Virus record (IMG/VR): IMGVR_UViG_3300009788_000006
Coordinates: 18,022-82,021 of that record
Reading direction: 5' to 3' (one strand)
Length of the DNA stretch: 64,000 nucleotides
From: a virus
Part shown: one piece after another, positions 44,737 to 53,654 of the stretch
Layout of the letters: every line of letters begins with the position of its first letter
Position numbering within the stretch: the stretch's first letter is position 1
Notes under the pieces: model-generated
What the model was told of the DNA's origin: nothing
What the model saw: the letters and a program-made list of their open reading frames with translations, nothing else
The model's database searches: none
Translations under genes and position numbers: made by a program

Positions 44737-45222
44737 CTATAGCACATTCTGCCCGGACAGAACGGCATCCCTGTTCGAAGCCTCTGCTATCTCTTGAGCT
44801 CTTTCTTCATTTCGCCGCCTAGTGCCGAGATCAGCCGTTGCTGGCACTTTCGCCCCGTGGACTAGAGCGTCAACGGCCGCCAGGTTCCATCGCGGAGTCC
44901 AGCGGATTACGATCGCCACCGCCCGGCCATGGACCAAGGCGCGGACACGGTTCTCTACCGAACCCGAAGGACCGCCGGTCGCCACTCTTTCGGCTGAACC
45001 CTGGCAGTCGGTCCACGCGGTCACAGAATCCGGACCGAGCTGGAGAGCTGCCAGGATGCCTCTCTCCAGCGCCCCGAGCTCGGCAACGTCGCTGGAAGCT
45101 CGCGGGGCAAGGCGCAGGCCGTGAGAAATCACCGCCCCGTCTGAGTCGCGGACGATGAACGCGGTATAGGCATTGCGCCCAACGGTGCCCGCATCCACGT
45201 CCACATGTAAGTCAGCAGTCAT
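44737..45222 (-). CDS. RNase H-like (RNase HI fold) protein
   Basis: VDVDAG, DVAELGAL, WTDCQ, IRWTPR..AAVDAL give the D-E-D-D catalytic set. Confidence 0.8.
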   Translation of the reverse strand: MTADLHVDVDAGTVGRNAYTAFIVRDSDGAVISHGLRLAPRASSDVAELGALERGILAALQLGPDSVTAWTDCQGSAERVATGGPSGSVENRVRALVHGRAVAIVIRWTPRWNLAAVDALVHGAKVPATADLGTRRRNEERAQEIAEASNRDAVLSGQNVL

Positions 45223-45442
45223 GATGTACTGCCGGTAGCTCCTCCAGCCGCTTGCAGTGGTCCCAAATCAGCTCGCCCAGAGTAGGGAGACTGACTCCCC
45301 ACTTGCGAGCCAGGCCACCGAAGGTCAGGCCGCGCGTGTGGATCTCGTGGCAGAGGATCTCGCCGAAGCTTGCGCCGCAATCGGTTGGGTGGTCAGCGTA
45401 CTGCCGCTCGATCTCGTCGCGGAATATCTCCAGAAATGCCAT
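45212..45442 (-). CDS. Small HTH-like protein
   Basis: GLTFGGLARKWGVSLPTLGELI. Confidence 0.55.
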   Translation of the reverse strand: MAFLEIFRDEIERQYADHPTDCGASFGEILCHEIHTRGLTFGGLARKWGVSLPTLGELIWDHCKRLEELPAVHHDC

Positions 45443-45490
45443 TGCTTCACAGGTCTTCGCGGTGCTGAAGCTGATGGGGCGAGATGGCCA

Positions 45491-45778
45491 TCACAGCTTG
45501 CCGTACTGAGCATCCAGCGGATTATCCCAGCCGGCCGCTAGAGAGTCGGCCGAGGACAGCGCCGCTTGCTCGACAATCCGTTCGTGCTCTTGCTCGATGA
45601 GCTCTTGCTCTGAAAGGTCGCGTGGCGCTTCTCTTTCCGGGTGACCTTCGCGAAAGAAGTTGGCGATCATTTCCGGCGTCTGAGGCCAGCGGTTGGCTTC
45701 GCCGAACCACTCGCCGCCGTCTGCGTCCTTGAACCCGTGCCAGATGAGGTCCGGCCAGTCGCTATGTCTGGGGTTCAT
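45491..45778 (-). CDS. Hypothetical protein
   Basis: Follows repeat copy 2. Confidence 0.6.
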   Translation of the reverse strand: MNPRHSDWPDLIWHGFKDADGGEWFGEANRWPQTPEMIANFFREGHPEREAPRDLSEQELIEQEHERIVEQAALSSADSLAAGWDNPLDAQYGKL

Positions 45779-45790
45779 AAGGCTTCTCGA

Positions 45791-45840
45791 TCGGTGGTGA
45801 AGGGCTGCTGGCTAATTCACTGGCCAGCGGCCCGATTATG
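45791..45840 (-). repeat. Promoter plus 5'-leader hairpin repeat, copy 2
   Basis: CATAATCGGGCCGCTGGCC...GCCAGCAGCCC..ACCACCGA. Confidence 0.75.
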
Positions 45841-45844
45841 CTAA

Positions 45845-45918
45845 GAGGGCGGGGTCGGACTCGAACCGACATTTCCCCGTTAGAGGCACATGCCCATTAC
45901 CATGTTGCTCTCGCCCTC
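45845..45918 (-). ncRNA. Cloverleaf tRNA mimic without a canonical anticodon arm
   Basis: GAGGGCGAG/CCCGCCCTC closing stem, ACATG-GTAATGGG-CATGT, CCTC-TAAC-GGGG, GTCGG-TTCGAGT-CCGAC; TGaTATAGT 7 nt upstream. Confidence 0.7.
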
Positions 45919-45931
45919 GACTCCGACTATA

Positions 45932-46264
45932 TCACACCGCCACCCCCAACAGAATCAGGCTCTTCTCAAATCCCCGGCGCCCGCCCTTGAGTTTCGACTC
46001 CACCACCAGATCAAGCGCTTCGCCTAGCCGTTCCTGGAGCTCGACCGCAATCACCAGATCTTCGACCGTAGATACGGCAACACCCATCCGAATTGCTACC
46101 GGCTTGAGTAGATCTTCATCATCCTCAAAAAGTCGGTAAGCCAACCGCGTCAGAGTGCCCGGCAATCCCCGCCTGCCAGTCCGCCGGGCATTGCCCACCA
46201 ATGCTCGAACCGCCTCGATTCTTTCAGCTGAGTCAACGCCGGCGCTTTCCAGGCGTGTGCTCAT
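45932..46264 (-). CDS. Hypothetical protein sharing its C-terminal 24 aa with the tail protein
   Basis: Ends VVESKLKGGRRGFEKSLILLGVAV. Confidence 0.6.
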   Translation of the reverse strand: MSTRLESAGVDSAERIEAVRALVGNARRTGRRGLPGTLTRLAYRLFEDDEDLLKPVAIRMGVAVSTVEDLVIAVELQERLGEALDLVVESKLKGGRRGFEKSLILLGVAV

Positions 46265-46443
46265 GGCTTGGCCTCTTCAGCTCTGATCGTGATTTTCCCC
46301 TCCGGGGTGATCGTCACCTCGACCGAGTGGCCGAGATATGCAAACTGATAGGGATGTGTGCCACAGAGAGTCTCGGTCAGGTCTTCCAGAGTTTCGCAGC
46401 GGAACACCTCGGACTCCAGCGCCTGTAGTGGTCCTTCGTGCAT
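46261..46443 (-). CDS. Hypothetical protein
   Basis: Coupled between the tail gene and the 45932 gene. Confidence 0.55.
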   Translation of the reverse strand: MHEGPLQALESEVFRCETLEDLTETLCGTHPYQFAYLGHSVEVTITPEGKITIRAEEAKP

Positions 46444-46444
46444 C

Positions 46445-49400
46445 CTACACCGCTACTCCCAGCAAGATCAAGCTCTTCTCGAACCCGCCCCGGCCGCCCT
46501 TGAGCTTTGACTCCACCACCACCCCGCGCACCTCCCCGCCCTCGACACCCGGCGCAACGACCGCGATGATCGTTCCCGCGGGCGTTGCCGTCAGCCAGTC
46601 GGAAGTCACCAGCGTGTACTTCCGCGGCGCCCGGCCCAACTTGGTGGCCAGCGATGCCGCCGAGGTGGCTGCGGCGGACAAGCTCACGAACGCGGCATCG
46701 TAGCGGGCTTCGCGGCTCGAGAGCAGGTAGGTATTCGTGGCGCCGGCGATCTCGCGGCGCTGATAGCGAATCGGCTTCTGGACGAATCCGCGCCGCTCAT
46801 CATCAGCACCCAACAGCGGGTCGGGCTGCACCAGGCCGATGAGGTCGAAGCCGACGGACGCTGCCCAAGGTGGATCGGACCGTGCCCCCATCTGGATGGT
46901 TTGCAGAGCGCGGTCGTCGTTGATGGTCACCGTCGCCGTGGCCGTCGTCAGATCCTCAAAGGCCGTCCAGGTAGCCAGGCCCGCTTCGCCGTCCCAGACG
47001 ATCCAGCCCTCCGGCATGCGCAGCAGATCGATGACGTCCTGGACGGCCTGGTCACCGGCCATAGGGAGGCCGCGTGGCTCGTCCGGGAGGTCGACAGCAG
47101 CTGAGAGATCTTGCTGCGCGTCCGTCATGCCAGCCCGAAGGACCAGCGCATGGGCGGCAATGCATGGCATGTTTCCGACCGGGACCGGCTTGTTCCATTC
47201 ACCAGAGGTCACTACGAGGTCTTGCCCTCCAGTTGCTCCGGTATCAGGCCATACTGCCGGGTCAACATCTACACCAGCCTCTGACCAGCGATGCTCTGCC
47301 GCGCCTCCTGTTGGAGCAAAGTCGGGATCGACGAACAGCTCAAAGACTTCGGCGGCGGTCAGAACAGAATCATGAAGTTGGTTTTCGTTTGTGATCGTAT
47401 CCCGTAAGAATGTGGCAGGCGTTTGAATGCCGAAAGTCAAGTCCGTTGTCGGCGTCGACAGCTGCCCGGAAATAGCCGTGGTGTTTTTTAGAATTCCATT
47501 GATATAGATCTTAAGCTCTACGTTCGACGCGTCAATCTCGTCGGCCGTCACAGCCCAAAAATAGGGCTGTTCGAACGGGGTTGTAGCGACCGCGGTGTCG
47601 GTAGTTGACGTAGTTTCTAGACTAGCCGTTAATTGAGCCTCTCCTAAAATATTGAGCATGTTCAAAGACGCAAATTCGCTTGTAAACAATCTCCCGTCTG
47701 CTGTGGTCGCTGTTGTGAAAACCCATCCAGATAGGGTGTAACCCGATGTCAGAATAGAGCTGAAAGTAGCGTTAGAATCTGCCCAGGTCGCGGAGCCGTC
47801 GTAATGCATCCCGTGATCCCAGAAGCTCTCCCCCCAGGTATCACAGGTCACGGCTGCGGATGGCGCTGTGCCGAATCGGATATACTGCGCGTTCGTGGTA
47901 TACTTCCCGGCCCCCACAGCCGTCTGAAAGAAGTCCATCAGGTTGTCGATCTGGCCGCTGGTATCGAGCGCGACAACCGTGGCGCCGTCGAAGACGCCGG
48001 TCAGTGGGCCAGCGGTGTTCTCGGAGTTCGACCACATGAGGAAGTCGCTGAAGGCTTGTACGCCTGAAGCCACCGCCGAGCTGTGGACGTTCTTGGCCAG
48101 CCCGTAGGACACCGGGGGGCGCGTCCCCGCGAGCGTGACGCCGCCCTGGAGCCCGTGCGCTACGGCCGCTTCGGTGGTCGTGATCTCGGTTGCTTCGGCC
48201 ACGGACGTCGGGGTAGCGCCAGCGTCCAGCGGGTGAGCAAACCAGGTATCCCCGGTCGAGTCGATATCGTCGCTCCACTCGAAGGTCACGCCCGCGTCGT
48301 TCTCGGTCAGGCGTCGGCGGATCAGCGCGGTCCGGACGTCGTTGTCGGCGGGGAGCACCCCGGTACCGACGCCGATGGCGATCTGCGAAACGATGCCCTC
48401 GAAGAGCAGCGTATTACCCGGCGGATCAGCCCCTATCGTGAGCTGAGTCGCCGTCGCGGTGTAGGCGCCTGTTACCGAGCCCGTGGCCGAGCCCGCGGTC
48501 ATTGGGCGGGCACGATCCGACCAGTTCATCAGAAAGCCTTGAAGGGTGTTGGCCGTGGTGTCGAACTCGAAACGCGCCGAGTACCAGTTCTCGAGCCGGG
48601 GGACCGCCGGAGTCGACGCCTCGAACTTCACCGAATTGATATGGATGAACATCGTGAAGACCAGAGCTGAAGAATCGAAAGTGACGCCGTATGAGCCCCC
48701 GTCTGCCAAGGCAATCGCCCCGTTCGCGATGATGTAATGGTGTTTTGTCTGCCCGCGGTACTGCTCGGGAATGAACACTCTGCCGATCTGGATCACCATG
48801 TGATCCGATGCGCCGGGGTCGAGCCCCGCGGGCCGCGCTGAGTCCGTGTGGTAGTAGGCGCCGGCGTCGAACAAGATCGCGGCTCCGAATCCCGCGTACG
48901 GGAGCGCCAGCGGCTGCGTCCAGCCGATCACCGGCGGACGGACACCCAAGGTCAAGCGGTTGTTGGCCAGGTCGACGTGCTCGCTGTCTGTCAGCCCGTC
49001 CTTGAACAGGTAGCCAGGGGACGCCCACGTCACCCGGGAGCCGTCTTGCAGCGCACCGGTATAGCGGAGCTCGGCAGTCCGCCCGCTGGCGCTGTAGGCC
49101 ATGTAGGTCGCGGCAATCGACCGCGGCGTCTCGGGATGGGTCAGGATCTTGGCATCGTCCGACCAGCCGCCGGACGGAGCCGCGGGCCAGAACGGCAGCG
49201 CGGCGATCACGCCCGACCCGTTGGCGGTCGTGTCCTCGAGCACCACCCGCCACGCTTTTGGGCCGTCACCGGCGACGTGGAAGCGGTCGCCGCGGTGGAT
49301 GATGTGATTGGCTGGCAGCCCGTCACACGCCAGGGTGTAGACATCGGCCGAGACCGCGCCGTTGATCAACCCGCCGGCGCGGTGGAAGCCACCGAGGTCG

Positions 49401-49744
49401 GCAGACGTGTTCTCAAAGTTGATCTTCAGCTTCCCGACATCCAACTCGGTCTTGGCGACTAGCAAGCCGGCCAGCCCTTCATCCGCTTTCCCGCTGACGG
49501 CATTGGCTGCCGCGGATACTAGCGGGTGTTGCTGGCCCTTGGTGAGCTTCGAGGTGAGCGAGGTTACCTCTAAGCCTTCGCACAGGCTATCAGCGGTAGC
49601 AACGTCCGCGGGGATCACCGAGCAGAAGCGGTGGGTCTCGTCAACGCCGGTATCGATCCGGCGCATGGTCGTCGACAGCGTCAGCTCGACGCGGGCCGTT
49701 TTTCCGGCGGCGATCTCGGCGGCAAGGTCTGCGGCGGTAGCCAT
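46445..49744 (-). CDS. Large tail / baseplate-hub-like protein with LamG domains
   Basis: GTRPPVSYGLAKNV hub-type motif; LamG motifs (YTLSGWV...LKIYING...VLTAAEV); start at MATAADL uncertain. Confidence 0.75.
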   Translation of the reverse strand: MATAADLAAEIAAGKTARVELTLSTTMRRIDTGVDETHRFCSVIPADVATADSLCEGLEVTSLTSKLTKGQQHPLVSAAANAVSGKADEGLAGLLVAKTELDVGKLKINFENTSADLGGFHRAGGLINGAVSADVYTLACDGLPANHIIHRGDRFHVAGDGPKAWRVVLEDTTANGSGVIAALPFWPAAPSGGWSDDAKILTHPETPRSIAATYMAYSASGRTAELRYTGALQDGSRVTWASPGYLFKDGLTDSEHVDLANNRLTLGVRPPVIGWTQPLALPYAGFGAAILFDAGAYYHTDSARPAGLDPGASDHMVIQIGRVFIPEQYRGQTKHHYIIANGAIALADGGSYGVTFDSSALVFTMFIHINSVKFEASTPAVPRLENWYSARFEFDTTANTLQGFLMNWSDRARPMTAGSATGSVTGAYTATATQLTIGADPPGNTLLFEGIVSQIAIGVGTGVLPADNDVRTALIRRRLTENDAGVTFEWSDDIDSTGDTWFAHPLDAGATPTSVAEATEITTTEAAVAHGLQGGVTLAGTRPPVSYGLAKNVHSSAVASGVQAFSDFLMWSNSENTAGPLTGVFDGATVVALDTSGQIDNLMDFFQTAVGAGKYTTNAQYIRFGTAPSAAVTCDTWGESFWDHGMHYDGSATWADSNATFSSILTSGYTLSGWVFTTATTADGRLFTSEFASLNMLNILGEAQLTASLETTSTTDTAVATTPFEQPYFWAVTADEIDASNVELKIYINGILKNTTAISGQLSTPTTDLTFGIQTPATFLRDTITNENQLHDSVLTAAEVFELFVDPDFAPTGGAAEHRWSEAGVDVDPAVWPDTGATGGQDLVVTSGEWNKPVPVGNMPCIAAHALVLRAGMTDAQQDLSAAVDLPDEPRGLPMAGDQAVQDVIDLLRMPEGWIVWDGEAGLATWTAFEDLTTATATVTINDDRALQTIQMGARSDPPWAASVGFDLIGLVQPDPLLGADDERRGFVQKPIRYQRREIAGATNTYLLSSREARYDAAFVSLSAAATSAASLATKLGRAPRKYTLVTSDWLTATPAGTIIAVVAPGVEGGEVRGVVVESKLKGGRGGFEKSLILLGVAV

Positions 49745-50111
49745 AGCTACCGAGGATAGCACGACGGCGAAGACAAAGGCGCGGAACGGCGCCCAGACGT
49801 GGTAGGATCTCATGGTAACCTCCTTGGACGTGGGGCGCCGGCGGGCTGAGAGACTCGCTGGCGCCTATTTTTCGGACAGCGCCAACCAGAGGCGCCCCTT
49901 CGCTTCCCCGGAACGCCCCCGTCTCACTCTCACACTTCCGAGGGTAGGCAGAGCCTACCCAATCAGGTGGGATAAATCAACTACCCGCCACGGCTTTGTC
50001 TCTGTGGTGGGGTTCGCGAGAAGTCAAGGACTATTTTCAGGACCTTCGAGGCCATGGGAAAAGACGGGACGGCGCCCGGGTACTGTGGCGATAGTGGTGT
50101 AGAATGCGCCT

Positions 50112-50666
50112 ATGGCAGAACCGGAAGAGCTCACGCTTCGATACGTGCCCCTCGATGAGTGCCGCCGGTGGCCGAGCAATCCCAAAACTCACGACCTCGA
50201 CAAGCTCCAGGAATCGATGCGCCGCCACGGCTTCGTTGACCCGGCGAAGTTCGACACCGCCCTCGGCGCGCTGGTCTACGGGAATGGGCGGACCGAGGCC
50301 CTCGAGATCATGCGCGACGCCGGCGAAGAGCCGCCCCGCGGCGTCCATGTCGATGAGTCCGGCGTCTGGATGGTGCCGGTCCAGTACGGCGTCGACCAGG
50401 AGAGTCGGCAGATGGCCGAGGCGCTGGCGGTGGACCACAACTCACTGACCGCCGCTGGCTTGCCTGTCGAGCAAGTGGCGCTGATGTTCGACGCGGAGCT
50501 GCTAGCCGAGCTGATGGGCGGGGAGAATGCTCCAGAGCTGCTGCTGGATCTGGCGAGCGCGCTTGCTGACGTTGAGCCACCGGATGAGTTTCCTGATGTC
50601 GACGAGAATCTGCCGACCGAGCACCAGTGCCCGGAGTGCGGCTACAAATGGAGCGGCGGCGGATGA
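50112..50666 (+). CDS. ParB-like N-terminal domain protein
   Basis: NPKTHD...SMRRHGFVDP...GNGRTEAL...ALAVDHN; C-terminal CPECGYKW. Confidence 0.8.
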   Translation: MAEPEELTLRYVPLDECRRWPSNPKTHDLDKLQESMRRHGFVDPAKFDTALGALVYGNGRTEALEIMRDAGEEPPRGVHVDESGVWMVPVQYGVDQESRQMAEALAVDHNSLTAAGLPVEQVALMFDAELLAELMGGENAPELLLDLASALADVEPPDEFPDVDENLPTEHQCPECGYKWSGGG

Positions 50667-51907
50667 TCGAGGTTGAGGGCGCCAACGGGTTCAACCGCCA
50701 CCGCTTCGAGAATCGGGGGGGGGGGCAACCTATGGCGACGATTCAGGCGAAACGGCCGGTCAAGATCCGCGTGAGCGGTGAGCTGGACGCGGCGGGTACC
50801 TACTCCACCCCGACCATGGCCGAGGTCAACGCTGCCCGCGGGTCAAGCGGCCTTCGCGGCGTCTCTCTCTTCGCTGGCGGTGGCGGCTCGTCAACTGGCT
50901 GGGCGCTGGCGGGCTTCTCCGTGCTGTGGGCGAACGAATTTACCCGGCATGCCGCGGCGACCTACCGCGCCAACCACGCCGAGACGATCGTTGACGAGCG
51001 CTCTATCCGCGACGTGAAGCCGGAAGAGATCCTCGAAGTCCTCAGCCTCAAGCCTGGTGAGCTCGACTTCTTGGATGGGAGCCCGCCCTGCGACGCCTTC
51101 AGCACCGCCGGCAAGCGGGACAAGGGGTGGGGCAAGAAAAAGGCGTACTACACCGGCCAACACCGGCAGCGGACCGACGATCTGTTCTTTGAGTATATCC
51201 GCATCCTCGAAGGCTTGCGCCCGCGGGCATTCATCGCCGAGAACGTCTCTGGCCTGATCAAGGGTCGCGCGAAAGGTCGATTCATCCAGATCGTGAAGGC
51301 GCTCAAGGCCATCGGCTATCGCGTCGAGGTCAAGGTGTTGGACGCGCAATGGCTCGGCGTGCCGCAGTGCCGACAGCGAGTGATCTTCCAGGGGTCGCGG
51401 GATGGCAGGGAGCTGCGGTGGCCGAAGCCGCATACGAAGCGGATCTCGATGCGAGAAGCAATCGGAACGGAACGCGGATTAGTCGGCGTGGCGCCGAAGC
51501 GGTGGACAAGCGGCAAACGGTTCCATTCAAGCAATCCGGCGCCGGTAGTGATGAAAGACGGGATCGCCGGATCGGCCCGCCACCAGGTTCTTCTTGAAGC
51601 TGGTCACGAGCCTCTGCCACCGTCAAGACGCAAGGCATACGAAAGGCGGCGAGGCGTTCAACTTCACCAAGCTGTCGCCGGTGAGCCGGCGCCGACGATC
51701 ACAATCAGCAGCCCGGGGAACGATGTCGGGCACTGGGAAGGGCCGCGCAAGCTCACCATTCCAGAGCTCAAGGCCATCTGCTCATTCCCCGCAGACTACA
51801 AGCTTCTCGGGTCCTATGCCGAGCAGTGGGCCATCTGCGGGATGAGCGTGCCGCCGCTGATGATGTTCGAGATCGCGAAGTGTGTCAGGGAGGGGCTCGG
51901 CAGCTGA
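50663..51907 (+). CDS. DNA (cytosine-5)-methyltransferase
   Basis: SLFAGGGG, GSPPC, ENV, QCRQRV, SFP, GMSVPP. Confidence 0.95.
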   Translation: MIEVEGANGFNRHRFENRGGGQPMATIQAKRPVKIRVSGELDAAGTYSTPTMAEVNAARGSSGLRGVSLFAGGGGSSTGWALAGFSVLWANEFTRHAAATYRANHAETIVDERSIRDVKPEEILEVLSLKPGELDFLDGSPPCDAFSTAGKRDKGWGKKKAYYTGQHRQRTDDLFFEYIRILEGLRPRAFIAENVSGLIKGRAKGRFIQIVKALKAIGYRVEVKVLDAQWLGVPQCRQRVIFQGSRDGRELRWPKPHTKRISMREAIGTERGLVGVAPKRWTSGKRFHSSNPAPVVMKDGIAGSARHQVLLEAGHEPLPPSRRKAYERRRGVQLHQAVAGEPAPTITISSPGNDVGHWEGPRKLTIPELKAICSFPADYKLLGSYAEQWAICGMSVPPLMMFEIAKCVREGLGS

Positions 51908-52017
51908 CTACGGAATCTAAGCCGCCGTGCTAAATTCCGCCCCTTAAACCACAAACCCGCTACCAGAGCGGCTCTGTGGCGTTTGCGACCCCGCAATGAT
52001 TCCGCTATGATACCGCC

Positions 52018-53094
52018 GTGAGTAGCTGTAATACCGCATGCGCGAAGATCAGGAAGACGAAGAGCGGGGAGCTGCGCCACGCCTATGCCCTGCTGGCCGC
52101 AGCGAATCCGGAGCTCAAGGACGATACCGCCCTCAGAGTCAGGCTCTGGCGTCAAGCGGGCTTCGGTGGTGAATCGAATGACGAGAGCGTCCGCCGGGCA
52201 TCGCTTGCCGCGCTGAAGAAGCCGGCGCTGATGACGGTGATCCAGCACCACCGGCCGGACATGCTTCGAGCTCAGGACCCAGAGCCAATAGAGCAGCCAC
52301 CAGAGAGTCCGGAGAACCAGGAGTACCGCAGTGGCCTAGCTCGTGAGCTGATTCACCGCCTCGACGAGATCAAAGGGCTCAGCACCTTGGTCAATACCGG
52401 CAACCCCGAGGCGGATGGCAAGCAGACGAAGAAGAACCGAGCGAAGATGAATGTCCTCGCCGCGGGCTATATGGAGTGGACTCGCGAGAAGCTCCCCCCG
52501 GCCCTCGAAGGTGATCAAGGGCTATGTGGCCCGCCGTGCTTCGGTCTCAGTGAGAGGAAATTCGATATCCACTTGCTGCTCCTGGCCAGGGTCTCGGCTA
52601 CGGAGGCATACGCACGGACCGCCAACGGCAGCAGCCCGTCCCGGTCGACGTGCCAGAAGAAGGGTCCGGAGATCGCCAAAGGGGACGATGTCCAGGCGGC
52701 GATTACGTGGCACCGGCAACTACGCACCGGAGCCGTGTTGTCGAAGGCCGCGAAGCTTGAAGAGAAATACTGGTCCTACATGGATGACTCGAGGCCCGAG
52801 GCGACGCGGGATCGGATCGCCGCCGGCAAGGAGATCGCCAACCTGAACGGGCTCAATGCCCCCGAGCGCATCCAGCTCGATCAGATCAGCTGGCTATCCG
52901 ATGTCCTTCGCAACGCTGCCAAGACCGCCGACTTCGTCCAGGCCAACGGTAGCCCATCTGCCGCCGAGGTCGAAGAGCTCCACGGCATCCTGCGCGCTGT
53001 CGGCGCCCATGTCCGCGCCCAGAGCGGCTTGCCTGCGGAGCTCGGGCAGAAGGTGATTGAGCTTACGGTCGAGACCTCTTCCAGCGACGCCTGA
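52018..53094 (+). CDS. Probable terminase small subunit
   Basis: ATEAYART...DVQAAI...DRIAAGKEIANLNGLNAPERI; located upstream of TerL. Confidence 0.6.
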   Translation: MSSCNTACAKIRKTKSGELRHAYALLAAANPELKDDTALRVRLWRQAGFGGESNDESVRRASLAALKKPALMTVIQHHRPDMLRAQDPEPIEQPPESPENQEYRSGLARELIHRLDEIKGLSTLVNTGNPEADGKQTKKNRAKMNVLAAGYMEWTREKLPPALEGDQGLCGPPCFGLSERKFDIHLLLLARVSATEAYARTANGSSPSRSTCQKKGPEIAKGDDVQAAITWHRQLRTGAVLSKAAKLEEKYWSYMDDSRPEATRDRIAAGKEIANLNGLNAPERIQLDQISWLSDVLRNAAKTADFVQANGSPSAAEVEELHGILRAVGAHVRAQSGLPAELGQKVIELTVETSSSDA

Positions 53095-53189
53095 AAAAAC
53101 CGAAGGCCCGGGGCTTGCCCGGGCCTCGGGAGTCGTATAGACTCTCAGGTACCATGCTGATAAGGAAATCCTATCCTACAGCCGGACCG

Positions 53190-53654
53190 ATGTCTAGTCG
53201 GTCCGTACCGCCGGACCCGATCGAGACAATCCGTTGCGGCCTGCACTGCGCCATTAGCGAGTATGACGGCTGCGAGCGGCTGCCGGACGAGCTCAAGGAC
53301 GCGGTTGCGGCCCTCGATCAGATCCACCAAGGCCGGGGAGCGATCCCGCGGGGCCTGAGCGTTGAAGAGATCCAAGAAGAGCTGGCCCGCCGGGCAGAGG
53401 TGATTCTCGAAAAGATCACCCCGGCTGTGCAAGTCTGTCAGCCTGAGCTCGAACAGATGCTCAACCAAAGCCTCGGTGAATTGGAGTCCTTTGAGGACTG
53501 GATCTCAGAACGTCTCGAAGCCAAAACCGAGCGTATCGGGGAGCCGCAAGGCTCGAGCGGCCAGGCGGTGGCCGATGGAGCTACGAGAGACATAGAGGGG
53601 CCGTCAGACCCAGACGGCAAGCAGGAAGCGGAAACCCTGGCAACGGGCGAGTAG
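53190..53654 (+). CDS. Hypothetical protein
   Basis: Shares ALDQIxQGRGA motif with 14774-15319; start uncertain. Confidence 0.6.
   Translation: MSSRSVPPDPIETIRCGLHCAISEYDGCERLPDELKDAVAALDQIHQGRGAIPRGLSVEEIQEELARRAEVILEKITPAVQVCQPELEQMLNQSLGELESFEDWISERLEAKTERIGEPQGSSGQAVADGATRDIEGPSDPDGKQEAETLATGE

Noticed and set aside
45875-45886. CCTCTAACGGGG matching the origin iteron at 11/12
   Set aside because: One short match in 64 kb of GC-rich DNA, already explained by the RNA hairpin.
45868-45890. CTCTAAC read as an amber-suppressor (CTA) anticodon loop
   Set aside because: The flanking 5-bp stem TGTGC/GGGGA has two G-G mismatches, and CCTC-TAAC-GGGG pairs better. TAG is also used as a normal stop in many genes here.
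38503-46273. Identical 15-mer GCTCATGGCTTGGCC at 38503 and 46259
   Set aside because: Both are ATGA stop/start coupling junctions; likely convergent and too short to support more.
45932-46520. Diversity-generating retroelement TR/VR pair
   Set aside because: Differences are synonymous and not adenine-specific; no reverse transcriptase in the window.
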